Of a DNA stretch of 64,000 bases, positions 13,991-30,831 are shown piece by piece. The position numbers and the translations under genes were made by a program. The notes under the pieces were generated by a model, which was not told the DNA's origin, searched no databases, and saw nothing but the letters and a program-made list of their open reading frames with translations. Position 1 is the first letter of the stretch, and every line of letters starts with the position of its first letter. The DNA comes from the human T2T-CHM13v2.0 reference genome, Homo sapiens. The stretch lies in assembly GCF_009914755.1 (NCBI RefSeq), contig NC_060929.1. One strand, 5' to 3'.

Positions 13991-16900
13991 CTCATGATCA
14001 GAACATCTCTTCTTTTCCAATTTTGTTTCAATCCTTTTGCCTTCTCCAAAAAGAAAGTCTCGGTTCTTGGTCAGAGTGTTTTGGCACCTTGCTAATACTT
14101 GCTGACCTCATGTTTGAGCAGAGTGAGCACACTCAGGCCAGAGCCTTCAGCAGACAACTGATGCCACCTCAGTGTCCTCATCTATGAAATGGGGACAATT
14201 ACAATCCGGGCCTCCTAGGGTTGCTGTGGGGGCTGAATGAGATAACACAGGTAAGGTACTCAGGCTGTGCCCGTGACACTGTAAGCACTAAATAAATACT
14301 AACTTCTTATTTTATTTATAGCAAGTGATCCTGACGACTGATGATCCATTTCCAGAACTTATAAGGAATCTATCTTTAAAACAATTTCACTAAGTAAAAA
14401 TCAGAAACAGAGCAAGAAAGCCCATGAGAACTTTTAAGTATGGTACACCAAAACTTCAGGTACCACACAGAGATGGCAAACACCACAAGCAAAGGGAGCC
14501 TCAGCTTGTGTGGCTGTCACTGTCTCCTGAACACCAGCCCAGAACTGGTACTGGGAAGACAGCCTGGTATTTGCTGAATAAATGAAGGAATGAATTACAG
14601 CCGTGCATGGTTTCAGAAGCATTTCCTATAGTACCTCATCCAGTCCCTGCAGCAGCTGTTTTCCATAAGCGCAAACAGACTCAGAGATTAAACATCAAGG
14701 CACTCAGAAAATACAGCTGGAGGAGTCTGATTCTGACTCAGGTCAGTCTGCCTGCTGCTGGGCTGCCTTCTAAGACACCTTTCCCCATTCCCAACCCAGC
14801 TCTCACTATTCCCACTGCAGCAGGAGTAAGGTCTTTTTCTCTAAGCGACTGTTTCTCCCGGGAACCTGACACTGAAATCTCTCTGTCTCCTGTCCTTAAA
14901 GGAACCGAGAGAAGACTCTTGCCTGCCCTGAAATTTCACCCAAGCCCTGCAATCTACTTCCCGCTTTTAAAGAGACGGCCGCCAGAGGGGGGTATTGATC
15001 TACATTTCTTCAGACAAGCACATCAGAAGCCAAAAAGCCGCAGAGCACCAAGACCACCTTCAGCCTGGCTAATGCCTCAGCCAGCCAGACTTCCACAAAG
15101 CCCATGCTCAGCATGAAGAAGCCATCCCCATGTCAGCCCCAAATACCCCAAGACATGACTCTCGTGAACCCTGTTGCCCAGGCAGGACAGACGAGGGCTC
15201 ATTGCCGCTCACAGAGAGCCATCATAGATAGTAGGTAGTACTGCAATTTTTATCCCCATTTTACAGGTTAGGAACCTGGTGCAGAGAGTTAAGCTAGAGG
15301 CCAACTGGTCCCTAATCCCCTGATTCCCCGCCTCAGACAACTTTGTACTGTGCTAGGCTCCTGGGAATCCTGGAACTTAGAAACTATTTGTGTATTATGT
15401 GGAGAGGGGGGAAAGAATCCATGAAGCCAAGCCTCTAATCAAATGTGAATTTGGGGGAGGTATGTAGGGTCCAAGAGCTGGGGATGTTGTAGCCCCAGCT
15501 GGTGAACCACCAGCATCTCCCATCACCTCGGACTCCCGAGTCCCTAATGAGAGCTAACTGTATTGAGCAGGTACGATACTGTACAGTAAAGCCTGACATG
15601 AAGCGCCCAGAGCAGCACCAGGAAGTACTTGGTTTTACCGATGAGAAAACTAAGGTCCAAAACAAATGGTTGCTGTCTAAGGTATGACAGTGCCTAAGGA
15701 GTAGAGACAGGGTCGAGACCCAGAAAGTTTGGTTCCAGGGCCGGAGCTCCTTGCTCCTGGCACTGCCTGCGTGATACAGTTCCAGCCACAGTGGAGCAGC
15801 AGCCAGGCTGGCTCCCACCTGCCTCCTTCATCTCGGTGGCTGGTCATCCTCTCTGTACCTGCTTCCTCAAAGTTCAACAGGGAAACTGAATCCTTACCAC
15901 ACTGTGGTCCTACATGAGTTCATGTTTGTGAAAATGCACATCACCTCCTACCAGACAGGTGAACTGAGATCTGACTTCTAAAAGAGTATGATTCTCCACC
16001 CTTGAAAGTCAAGGCCAGAAGTGGCAGTGCTGGTTGATCACAGTCAGGCTGGGGGCCTGTGTACAGTTACCCTTTCTGCAGGACTTGAGTCAGCATTGGC
16101 TTCTGGACCCAGCAATATCCACAGCTGACTGCTGGGACATGTCCTCGGGGGCATGGCTCCCAGATGGCAGGATTTTCCCAAGGGGAAAGCAAATGGTTGA
16201 ACGTTGCTTGGAGGAGGCTATGATGCCAGGCCTCCTGCCCAGAACCCTCTCCCGTGTCAATATCTGGCCTCAGGTACCCTTGCATTCATCATCATCCTCA
16301 TGATCTGCAGCTTTTGCAGATCATGGGCTCCACATTTTACTTACACATTTATATTACTTTTTCCTTCCAAATCCACATGAGACGGATTCTAGTTTCATCC
16401 TCACTTTATTGATAAACAAACGGAGGCCTTGTAAGATTAAGAAACTTGGCCAAGATCACAAGGCTACCAAAGAGCGAAGCTGGGATTTGAACCCAGTTCT
16501 ATGCAATCCTCAGGCCCACGTGTTCCATGTTTTACTGCTTTGTCCCAAATGTCACAATTTGGGGTTCAGAATATACAGAATATATGGTCTTTCATGTCCA
16601 AGAAGGCCTCCCTCTGGACTGTAGTATGCAAACTGCATCCCAAGCATTCCCTAGGCAGGCTCAGGCCCTCACACACCCAACTCTTACTCTTATTTTTTAT
16701 TTATTATTCTATTATTATTTCCCTGAAGCTGGGCAGAGCGCATCTTCTCAGGTTTGAATTTTCACTTCTAGAAATTTCAAAAAGTTTAAAATAATTTCAT
16801 TCACAAAATGACCCTAGTTGTTAGAGACATTTGATTCTTTTCCCGGAGGCCCTAGGATGGTCAAGGCGGGCTGCAGGACCATAACTCTCAAACCTCACTG

Positions 16901-17849
16901 CGGGGTGGGAACAGCTAGCTCCTGTTGTCCACCCCAAGGGCTATAGCCAGTGTTCCTACAAATCTGGAATGAAGGGTCCTCTGGGATGCTTTGGACACCC
17001 TGGCCCGAAGGTTTAACCTTGTGACCAAGTGCAGAGAAGCTGTGATCCCCAGCTACTGGGCTCTGGGTGCCAGAGGCTCCCGGTGAATAAGGCCTCCTAA
17101 GACAGGCCAGGCTTTCTCTGATCTACTGGGGGAAAGGAACTAGGGTCCACATGCAGCTAGGGAGACCCAGTTCAGCATTCCTCAGAAAATGCCGCTAAAG
17201 CAGGAGACGCCAAAGTGGGGCAGAGTGGGTCCTGACCCAGCCATGAACTTGTGTGACTCTGGGCCCTCTCTGATTGTCATCTGTAAATGTAGAGTCTGGT
17301 TATAGAATCGGTGTCTACGCTGAATATTTCTCCCTCTGTTTTTGCATCATAATCCCTGTCACATCCCTGCTGCATGCTGCATGCGATTAACTCTCAGTGT
17401 AGCAAACATAGGTGTGCTTGATTGTACACAGCAAATGTATACTGACTATAATCTATAATAACTAATATTTATTGAGTGAGCCTGTATGTGCCATGTGAAA
17501 TGATTGACATTGATTACACTGACTACCTCACTGAATGCTCACTGCAACTTCGTGAGTTAAGTACTGGCATCGTTCCCTTTTTCACCAGAAAACACTGAGG
17601 CTGAGAAAAGCTAGATCACTTGTCAGGGCCTGCAGTGATCCCAAGGTTGGGATTTGCAATACCAAGGTTGGGATTTGCAGCCAGGTCCTCCTGATCTCAG
17701 AGCCTGTGTTTGCTACGTCTCTGCTATATTATCTGTTTTTAGCCTTTCAAATTTAACCCCAAAAGCAAGTCACCTGTGTGCTTGCCTTTCTCTAATCATT
17801 TAAATCAGAAACTACGGAAAAACAACAACAAAAATTGCATCCAATTCTT

Positions 17850-18220
17850 CATCCAGAAATAATAATTGGCAGTTTGATATTTATGTTTCTAGATTTCATA
17901 TACAATTATAAATACATATTTGTACTAAAAAAAAATCTCATGGCATTTTGCAACCTGTTTCTCCAAATAATATCATGAGAACATAAACATCTTTTCATAT
18001 CATTAGTTATTTTTCCAGAATCTATTTTTCATAGTTGCATAATATTACATCATTTGGATGATACACTATTTAGCCAATCCCCTACTGTTGGGCATTTAGA
18101 TTAGTTACAATTTTTCACCGCTATAAACAATGCTGTGGTGGGCATCCCTGTGGCTAATTCTTTGCTCTGTTGAATTTTGTAAGATAAGCTTTGAGAAGTG
18201 AAATTGCTAGGTTAATTGTA
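17850..18220 (-). mobile_element. Old L1 (L1ME-like) fragment
   Basis: CCCCTACTGTTGGGCATTTAGATTAGTTACAATTTTTCACCGCTATAAACAATGCTG is typical of the L1M 3' region in antisense. Confidence 0.65.
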
Positions 18221-19260
18221 AGGCTTTGAGTCTGTACTAGGGGACTCCAATGTGACTGCTCTTTGAAAAGTCAGGGCTCCACCTTCAGCAAGCCAGGCCT
18301 CCTCATAGAGAAACTGTACCAAACAAAAATTCTGCCTCTGGCTTGGCTCTGCAAAGTGTGCCTTACTCTAAGCCTCATCTGGACAGCCAGAGCCTTTCAG
18401 AGAGTCACATTTCATCACTGTTTTATGGTGGGGACAGGTTCCTCTGGGCCTAACATGACCACTCCTACCCAGTTACCTGGAACTCATCCTCTGGGCACCA
18501 ATATGCTGAAAATGAAGTTTATTCAGTCTCATTCATGTTTGCCACATGTGTCCCCACATAACCATGAAAGAGGAGCAGAGAGGGGAAGAATTCTTTGGGG
18601 AGCATCCTCTCCAGTTGGGACAGTCAGTGACCTCTTTCTCTTGCCTCAAAGAAAGTAGGGCATGCAGGAAGTGGGAGGAAGCTGGATGGGAAGAAGAAGG
18701 AGGCAAGCGGGAGCGAGGTGGTGACCAGAGGGGCTGACCCCAACTTTTCTCCCATCTGCTTCATCACAGAGAGAAGTCTCAGCTGCTACCAGAACCTGGT
18801 CAGGGGCCAGCGCCTACCCTCTGAGTAGGGAGACCACCACCCATGGCCCAAGCTGAGGGCCTGACCTGGGGCACCAGGGGAGGCTGGGACAAGATGGAGG
18901 ATGGAGCCCAGATAGGAGAGGAGCTGGCTGAGCCACAGGGAGAAGCCAGCAGGGGCTGCAGCTCCTGCTTCTGGAGCCTGAGGGAGAGAGAGAGAGGACG
19001 CCTGGGGCATGGTGAGTCGGGGGCTCTCCTCGTGCCCTGGCTGCCTCCATGCCAGGGGCCTCTGCGAGCTGAAACATGAAAGGTCTTTGGATCAGAGAGG
19101 AGCTGGGAGCCTGCTTGCCCTGCAGCTGGAAAGAAACTTGAATTGTTCAAGTTCTCTCACTTTTCCCTGAAGACTGATTCCCCATTTTCCCCTTTTGCTA
19201 TTATTTTTAAGAGCCTTGCTGCTCTCCAGGCAAATTCTCAGGTTCTCTGCCCGTCTGCAG

Positions 19261-19397
19261 CATGTATGCATATGCGTGTGTGTGTGCGTGCGTGTGTGCG
19301 CGTGCGTGCGTGGGCGTGTGCGCGTGTGTGGGCTTGCGCGTGTGCGTGTGCGCGTGTGTGCGTGTGCGCGTACGCGTGTGTGCGTGTATGTGTGTGT
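19261..19397. repeat. Mixed (TG)/(CG) alternating purine-pyrimidine tract
   Basis: Directly visible, ~135 bp with few interruptions and many intact CpGs. Confidence 0.95.
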
Positions 19398-19804
19398 TGG
19401 GGGAGGCTGCGGTGCCTATGACTGGTTGCCCCCTTGAACCCCACCAGAAGCCAGCCCAGGCCCCTCTGCGCCCTCTTCTGAGTCTCCAGGGCCGGTTCTC
19501 TCCTGGCAACTCCAGAAAGTGCCTCCTCACCTCAAAAGACCAAGAAACAGGGTTTCTGATAAAGTGTCCCACCCAGTCCCGGCTGGGGCAGTTGGTTAGA
19601 GAATGAGGGGACATTGGGGGGAAGAGGAGGGAGAATGAGGGGATGGGAAGAGAGGCGCAGAGAAAATGAGAGGTGGAGAGAAAGGGACAGAGTGAAAGAG
19701 AAGGAGAAAGGGGAGAAGCCGGGAAGACAATGAGAATGGAAGCGAGAGATGGAAGTGGAAAGAAGAACTGGAAGCCTAGAGACAGAGGGAGAGAGGGAGA
19801 GAGG

Positions 19805-19808
<4 letters not shown>

Positions 19809-19872
<64 letters not shown>
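19809..19872. repeat. Perfect (GA)32 microsatellite within a ~540-bp purine-rich tract (~19617-20159)
   Basis: Counted directly. Confidence 0.95.
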
Positions 19873-19875
<3 letters not shown>

Positions 19876-20232
19876 GGAATGAGCAGCTGTGATGTGGCCA
19901 GATCAGTTCATAGAAAAGAAACACAGTTCAGAGCAGAAGGGAGGAAAGAAAATAAGAAGGAAAGAAACAGAGAATGAGATGCAGAGAGGAGAGGAGGGAG
20001 AGAGAGAAGGAAACCGAGGTGGGTAGAAAAATGTGACGAAAGGGAAGGACAGAAAAAAAAATGAGAGAAGTAAGACAGAATAAAGGAGAAAAAGAAGAAG
20101 GGAATCATGAGGATGGTGAGAAAAGACAGGAGAGAAAGCCGGGAGAGAGGATAGAGGGGCGTTCTCGCTGCGCTGCGTGTCAGCTCTGGTAAGCCGTCTA
20201 GCATGTCATTAGTGGGGACCTGAGGCGCCAGC

Positions 20233-23089
<2,857 letters not shown>

Positions 23090-23329
23090 GTACAGAACAG
23101 CTCCTGAGCCAGGTGGACATGCCAGAGAGAAAAGCAGTAGAGGTCCTCCATGCCAGCCCCACGGTGGTCCATGACTGCGGAACTGCCCAGACATAAGCAG
23201 GAGCCTCCGAGGAATCCACCCTCTTTCTAGAACACTGGTTAAGGCTTCTGTTTATCACACATAGGCCCACACACAGACTCACCAACTTTGCAATAGAAAT
23301 ACTGGTGCCTGCAGAGCAGCACTAACAGT

Positions 23330-23518
23330 GGCAGGTGCTGTACTAGGCTCTGTACTGGCCACACTTACTATTGACAGTCACCCCGTAAGGTTCACAAACC
23401 ACCCCATTGAACAGATGAGGAACTGAGGCTCAAGGAGGTTAAGTAACATTTCCAGGGTTATATAAACTAGTAAATGGCAGAGCTAAGAGTCAAATCCAGG
23501 TCTATGTGATCCTCAGAG
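23330..23518 (-). mobile_element. MIR within the FOXI1 3' UTR
   Basis: CCCCATTGAACAGATGAGGAACTGAGGCTCAAGGAGGTTAAGTAAC...AGTAAATGGCAGAGC, the MIR core. Confidence 0.75.
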
Positions 23519-24184
23519 ATTGGAGGCCAGGATGGAGAATTGGTTGAGTAGCCAAGGAAGGTCAGTGTGAAAAGCTTGCTATGGCAAATATAGCGAAATC
23601 TCTCCACTGCCTTCTGTCCACCAGCATTTAGTGCCAGCCTAGGCACAACTTGTCCTGGTCCAAGTCCTTATTCTGCTTGCCCCAACTTACCTGCAGACAC
23701 TCCTTTTGCTACCACTCAAGGAAGGAAGTCACCAGTGGCCTTAGTGCAGGAAACTCAGCCCTGGTGGCCCTGCAGAACAATGCATCTGACATGTGCGATG
23801 CATCCCCATGGAGAGACAGCATTGCTCCCCAGCCCTCCAGAAACCTTGAGCAGATCCAGGGATCAGTGAGAGGAGTGGTGTGTACCCCTAAATCCTCCCA
23901 CCCCAGCACTGCCCATCTGTAAAATCTTGTAAAGCCCAGTTTCCTGTGTGCATGTCATGGACCAGTGAGCTGGAGATGGCTGAATCTTCCAAGAGAAACA
24001 AGGTTGGATAAGCGCTTCCTTTTTTTTAGCCCAGGAGAGGTGGATGTTTGTCTGAGAAAACAATGGCCTCAAGGGAGGGGCCTTGGGCCCACCCTCACAG
24101 GGGGTCTCTGTGTGATCTCTTGGGATTTCTCCTTGTTTTTGTGAGTACCTGGGAAGTGTTGTTTGTTTTCTTATTTTCTTTTTA

Positions 24185-24190
24185 ATTAAA
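24185..24190 (+). terminator. FOXI1: Probable FOXI1 polyadenylation signal (ATTAAA); cleavage near 24203
   Basis: U-rich upstream region, ATTAAA, a CA about 13 nt downstream, then GU-rich TGTGGTG. Implies a 3' UTR of ~1.1 kb. Confidence 0.75.
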
Positions 24191-25009
24191 AAACAAACAA
24201 ACATGTGGTGCAGAAGCGTGGGACTTCTTTATGAGATTTTCTGTCTCTCGGCTGCCTGGTGTGTTCAACAGGGGGGCCAACTGCTGCCTGGAGCTGAAGG
24301 CATTTGGGACAGGAGGCAGAGAAAGAATGCATATCAAGACTCTTTTCACCTCTTCACTGGCGTGGAGCCCAGACAAAAGCCCCCAAGGAAAAGAGGGGAG
24401 TCTGGGAAGGGTGGGTAGGGTCATGGAAGGAATCCATTGGTACTGAACACACAATATGGACTTGGCGTATCCCAGTCTTTACAGTTCATGCAAACCTCCT
24501 AACTGTGCTATGATCATTTAATTCTAACAACCCTGCGAAAAGGGGGATACTAGTCTCATTATACAGATGAGAAAACTGAGGGTCCGAGTGGTTGAGAGAT
24601 TCGCGTGAAGTCCACATCCAGTCCACACCTAGATCTGTCTGACCCTGCAGCTCATCATGCTTCAGTGTAGTCTCAGATGCAACCAATGCTAGAGGCAGTA
24701 ACAACAGTACTACAGGCTGCGATTCACTGAGGGCTGTGGGCAGTTCCTGGGTCAAGTGCTGTGTAGGTGGGACATTTTTTATCCTTACAGCAGCCTATAA
24801 GTGTGTATGCTGGTGATCCCCTGGGGTCCCTGACACAATGCATGCTGCAGGACTTGTTCATTGAAGCTGGATTTTTTGTTAGGAGTTCTCTCTTTGGGTG
24901 TGCACAGAGAGGGCTTAAACCAGGAATAGCTGGCCACTTGCATCGCTGCCTACTCAAACCCTGGGGGCTCTCTTTCCTTGTGACAGAGTGACAGAGAGGA
25001 GCTGGTAAA

Positions 25010-25037
25010 TAACAACAACAACAATGGCAATGATTAT

Positions 25038-25068
<31 letters not shown>

Positions 25069-25107
25069 AATGATGGTGATGATGATGTTGATGGTGATGA
25101 TGATGGT
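25010..25107. repeat. (AAC)n / (GAT)n trinucleotide low-complexity tract
   Basis: Directly visible, followed by MIR-like sequence. Confidence 0.9.
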
Positions 25108-26960
25108 AAGAGCATTCATCATGGGTTGACCATGTGCAAGGCACTGCATTATTGCATGTAATCCTCAAAATAATCCAGTGCACTCAATACCATTATTTTC
25201 ATTGTGTAGGTAAGAAAACTGAGGCCTGGGGAGAGTCATACCTTGATAGAAAGCAGCCATAGCCAGGACTCAAGCAGATCCATTGATGCCGTGGCTAAAG
25301 TGCTTCTCCACAGAATCTAGCAATGGGGAGCCCAGGACTTACCACAGGACAGCAAAATCATGACAACCAAGAGTAAAAGAAGCAGGGCTGCCTGAGAACC
25401 CCTCAGGCCCTTTCCCTGGGAGTCCTTTTCTGCAGAGAGACTTCTGGCAGATTCCAGGTGGCCTAGGAAAGTAAAAGGATGGGACGTGGTGTCAGACTGT
25501 CAGACTGTTACAAAACACAAGATAGGCTTGCCCCTTTCTGCAGAGAAAGGAAGCCTACAGCTCAGAGGGAAGGCACTCCACAAATGTCACCAGGACAGTG
25601 AGGTCAGAGTCAGAATTAAAATGCAAGTCCCTGAAGCCCAGACTAGGATTTTTTATCACACTAGGTCCCTCTGTCACCAAATTTGCCCAAACAAACCCTG
25701 AAACCCCACCCTCTCCATTGATCAGCTCACTGCCTGCTCTTCATCTCCTACTCCTTCCCCCAGGTGGGTCTGCAATGGGTGAGGGCCTGGGCCAGGAAGG
25801 AGGTGTGAAGGGGCCCTGGGAGAGCCCAAGCCAACCCAGAGGGGAGCCAGCTATTTAGAACCAAGGCCCACAACCTCAAGTCTCCAGTCTTCTTCAGCAC
25901 AAAATTCAATGACGGGCACAAGCAGAAAGGAGAAAGTGTTTAGGGCTCTGACAACACAAAGACCCTGCCAACTCTTGCCTGTGGCCCTGCAGGGAGTTCC
26001 TGGTAGTAGCGCCAGGAGCTCATGGGAAGCATGACTCTGCAAGTACCCAGAAGGGCACAGCTGAGGGGAGTCGCAGGCCAAGAAGGGGGTCTCCCAGCAG
26101 CTTCCCTGGCGGCTGCCTGTCCCTCTTTTTGTTCTCTTCCTCTGAAAAGAAATAAGAGCCGGAGAGAGGGACGGAGGGAGGAGAAGGTGAGATGGAAGAA
26201 GGGAGGGGTAAAGGACTGGTTATTTACCAAGCACTTAATCCTGTGTGCCGTGCTGTGCATGGACACTCCATGATTAGCCTCCTGCTCTTTGGCTCCACGT
26301 TGAAGCCATGGTGTCCAGCATCCATAAAGGGTCTGAGAAAAGGGCCACCTGGAAGGCTGCCTGGAGGAGATGCGACTGGAGCTGAAGGATGGCGAAAGTG
26401 AGCTGATTCAAACCACTAGTTTATACTCTCACCTTCCAACAGCCAAACTCTAATCCCCCCCAAACCCTGAGTTAGCGTGCCTCCATTTCCAAGTGACGCG
26501 GAGGTTGGGGGATGTATGCCTCGAAGCAGAATATATATGTGTAATATAGGTACATTTCATAATCCCATTTATTTTAATAGGCAAAGTTGCAAGAGGAAAA
26601 GTTGGGAAATACTATACATAAAATACTAGCAGTCATTGTCTGGTGGCTAATAAAATATTAGGTGTGGTTTTTGGTCATTGTGTTTATCTCTGTGTACAGT
26701 GGACATATTGTCATCCCAGGCCACTGCAGCTACATACCACTGCTTCCAATGACAGGGGTGCAAGAGACCTGCCATGTTGTCCCATGATCCCCCCGCCAGC
26801 ACAGATGACTGATCCTGAGGGACCCCTGACCCAAGCTGAGGTCTTTCTGCTATGGCTGAGGAATGAGTTCCCTTAGCACAGACATGGCTCTTAGGCAGCC
26901 ACCATTGAAAGAAAGGGGAATCAATGTGAGAACAACAACTTATCTAAAACGTGAGAGTCA

Positions 26961-27263
<303 letters not shown>

Positions 27264-28155
27264 AAAACGTGAGAGTCAGAAAAACAAATGTTCAGACTTG
27301 CTGAAAAGCTAATGCCAAGCTGGTGAGAGTGTTGTGGGAGTTTAAAGGTGGCAGAAGCTCTCCTCGGAGTTCCTGGAGAGTCCAGCAGAGATCAAGCACA
27401 AGACTGGAAAGGAAGGGGAGTTTGAGGAGAGAGCGGAGGGGCTGCAGGGAAGTAGCCAGCATTTATGAGCCCCCTGCCATGCACCAGGCCCTCGGGACTG
27501 GAGCATGCAGTTATCTCCTGTCATTTTCACAACGCTGTGGGTGCTGGGGAGTATTTTGTCCATTTGACCTATGCAGAAACTGGGACACCCAGGGTTTAAG
27601 CAGCCTCTCAAGATCTCAGACCACAGTCTACATGCTTTAAATATCAGGCTCCCCCACTCCCCTGTAAATGGGCACTGTGAGGCCTGCCATCAAGAGAACC
27701 ATCAGTCTGCTTACTAGAGAGAGCACAGGGACATAGCATCCATATCAGGAAAGCTGTGTCGGCCAGCACATCACAGGAGGCCCAAGCTTTGTCTCTGTGG
27801 AAGGCTTAGCTCAGCCCCCTGCCCTATACACCGACTTCCTGCCTGCCCCCTGCTTTCCTTCAGCCCCGAAGGAGAGAGACCTGGGCTGCTTTCTCTGCTG
27901 ACCTGCCTTTTGATATTCTCCTTAGGAGCTGCTGTGAAAACACAATGAAATTGGCCTTTGTCTCTGACTCTCTCTATTCAGTGTTTCTTTGAGGTTCTTG
28001 TGGGGCGGAAATATTGCAATGCTAAAGGCACCATTTGCTTCCTTTTACTTGTGGGCCCCCATATGACCCCTTGGACATATGCTCCTCCCTTGCAGAAGCC
28101 ATTGGAATCCCAAGCAGAAGGCCAAAATGCAGGGTCTGTCATGAAAGTGGTATAA

Positions 28156-28554
<399 letters not shown>

Positions 28555-29205
28555 TATGTACTTCCTATAGATTGCTTAACAATCTCAATGCTACTAAAGC
28601 TGACACTATCATTATTTGTATTTGGTATGGAAGTAAACCAGTATTCAGAGACATTGAGTAACTTTTCCAAGACCATGCAGCTATCACCTGAGGTAGACCT
28701 CAAACACAGGTATCCCCAGCTCCAGAGCCTGTGCTCTTAACCCAGATGCTAGGAGAAAACCCCTGAACTGGGAATTTGGAGACAGTATCCCCACAGGGAG
28801 ACAATTCCTTTTCCATAGATTTTGGAACAATCAAATGTGGGATAATGCTATCAGGAAGATGTTGCATCAGCTCGGGGCACCATCATCTCTGCATTCCTGA
28901 TCAGCGACAGCCTCCAGGCTGGTCTCTCTGCCTCCAGCCTCTGCCTCCGCACTACAGAGTGTGAACTTCCTAAGGGACAGAGCTGGTCACGCCTGCCTCT
29001 GCCCTCCTCAGGGCCCCTCACTGGCCCCTTATCCTTCGGGTCCACACTAATGTGCATGGCTCTCGAAGCCTGTGCTCTGGCATCATCTCTCTGGCTAGGG
29101 CCTCAGGCTTAGCATCAGACTCAATTGGATTCAGATCCCCTCTACCTGCCCAGAGGAGTCAATGTAAGCAGGAAGTGGCCTCAAGAGATGTCCTGCATAT
29201 TCCTG

Positions 29206-29559
29206 TATATTAGTCGGTTTTCACACTGCTAATGAAGACATGCCGGAGACTGGGTAATTTATGAAGGAAAGAGGTTTAATTGACTCACAGTTCCACATGG
29301 CTGGGGAGGCCTAACATCATGGCGGGAGAGCAAGGGATATCTTACATGGCAGCAGGCAAGAGAGAGCTTGTGCAGGGGAACTCCCCTTTAAAAAACCATC
29401 AGATCTGGTGAGACTTATTCACTATCATGAGAACAGCATGGGAAAGACCCACTCCCATGATTCAATTACCTCCCACCAGGTCCCTCTAACAACACATGGG
29501 AGTTGTGGGAGCTACAATTTAAGATGAGATTTGGGTGGGGACACAGCCAAATCATATTA
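29206..29559 (-). mobile_element. THE1 solo LTR (THE1C/D-like)
   Basis: GAGACTGGGTAATTTATGAAGGAAAGAGGTTTAATTGACTCACAGTTCCACATGGCTGGGGAGGCC...GATGAGATTTGGGTGGGGACACAGCCAAA. Confidence 0.92.
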
Positions 29560-29916
29560 GCATGTTTTATTTTTTTCCCCCAATCATGCTGTATTCTTAG
29601 TGTAATTTTAAAATACTTAAAACAAGATCATGAGAAAATAAATACCCAGATTCTAGCACCAAAATTCAGAAGGGGGGGCTATGAGAATGAGGGGCGGGGA
29701 GAAGCCTTCCTGAGAGTTTCTAAGAGGCATGGAGGCAGTGGGGATAGTGATTAGCTCTGGGGGAAGAAGAGGCTACTGGCTGGAAAAGGGCATGAGGTAG
29801 GGTTGGTAATCACCTATTGTTTTATCTGAGTGCTGGTCACACAGATGTGTTCACTTTAGGAAAATGTATTGAGATTACACTTGTGATTTCTGCATTTTTA
29901 CATACGCACATTAACT

Positions 29917-30339
29917 CAGTCATATGCTGATAAATGTTTAACAATGGGTTTGCTGGAGAAAAAAGGGTCCCCCGGATTTGTAATGTCTGCCCATTTCCGT
30001 GGTGTAAATACTCCCTTCACAACTGATTTCAAGCTTCCCATGCACTGTAACTGAAGACAGAGTTGGGAAGATATGTGCAGTAGCACAACATTAAATCATA
30101 TTTCCACCATATACACACAATAGGTGTAAATAACACCCAGAGCATAGAAAATAATCAAATGTAGTAAAATAATCAAGAAGCAATGAGTTTTAAATATTTA
30201 TTTATTACCTTTCTTTATAATATAATTGTAACTAGAAGTTTATTTAATTTTTAATAAAGCTGTGCTTAACATAAAACTCCTGAAAAGTTAACAGTCAGCT
30301 GTTGTGAGCCAGTTTGAGCAGGCTCCAGGACACTATTGG
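29917..30339. mobile_element. MER63-like hAT DNA transposon
   Basis: CAGTCATATGCTGATAAATGTTTAACAA...GTAAATACTCCC...GATTTCAAGCT...GCTCCAGGACACTATTGG with decayed TIRs. Family name from memory. Confidence 0.7.
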
Positions 30340-30731
30340 TATAAACACCCATAATTTCTGTCCCCAGACTCCCCTCTCCCTAAAATACTAGTTGTCACAC
30401 TCTCCTGCTATTGCCATCTTCATCTCTGGGCCTTTCCAGGGGCTGTTTTCTCTGCCAGGTCTCCTTTCTTCTTCCCCAAGGCCTTCCTTCCTTACCCTTG
30501 CCTTCAATTCTCATCTAAGAAGTTACTTGCTCCAGGAAGCCATTCCTGGCTAGCAAAGGTCCAATCATGTGCGTTCTTACAGTATGGGACACTTACCCAT
30601 GTGTTGCCTTTTTCTCTTTACTTGTCTGGCTTTCTGTAGACTGAGTTCTGAGGGCAGGAACCAGGTGTCAGTGGCTCCCTTGGCACTTGGCACAGTCCCT
30701 GGTATAGCGAATGTGCTTGGAGAACATTGAA

Positions 30732-30831
30732 TGGATAGATGGATGGATGGATGGATGGATGGATGGATGGATGCATGAGTGGGTGGGTGGATGGATGGAT
30801 TGATGTATGGATGGATGGATGGTTGGATGGA
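30732..30831. repeat. (GGAT)n microsatellite at the end of an L2 fragment
   Basis: Directly visible. Confidence 0.9.

Noticed and set aside
14607-15116. 169-aa ORF and a CTCF-like GGCCGCCAGAGGGGGG at ~14977
   Set aside because: The ORF has no recognisable domain and overlaps MIR-like sequence. The motif lacks the conserved GGC(G/A)C end.
17641-17679. Short tandem duplications (also 2997-3029, ~34177-34205, ~44405-44464)
   Set aside because: Ordinary slippage duplications inside old repeats.
19195-19924. Cys/Val-, His/Thr-, Glu/Arg- and Ser/Leu-repeat ORFs
   Set aside because: Translations of (TG/CG)n and (GA)n microsatellites.
24724-25149. 141-aa ORF with a poly-Ile/poly-Cys hydrophobic stretch
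   Set aside because: Translation of the (GAT)n/(AAC)n tract; not a credible membrane protein.
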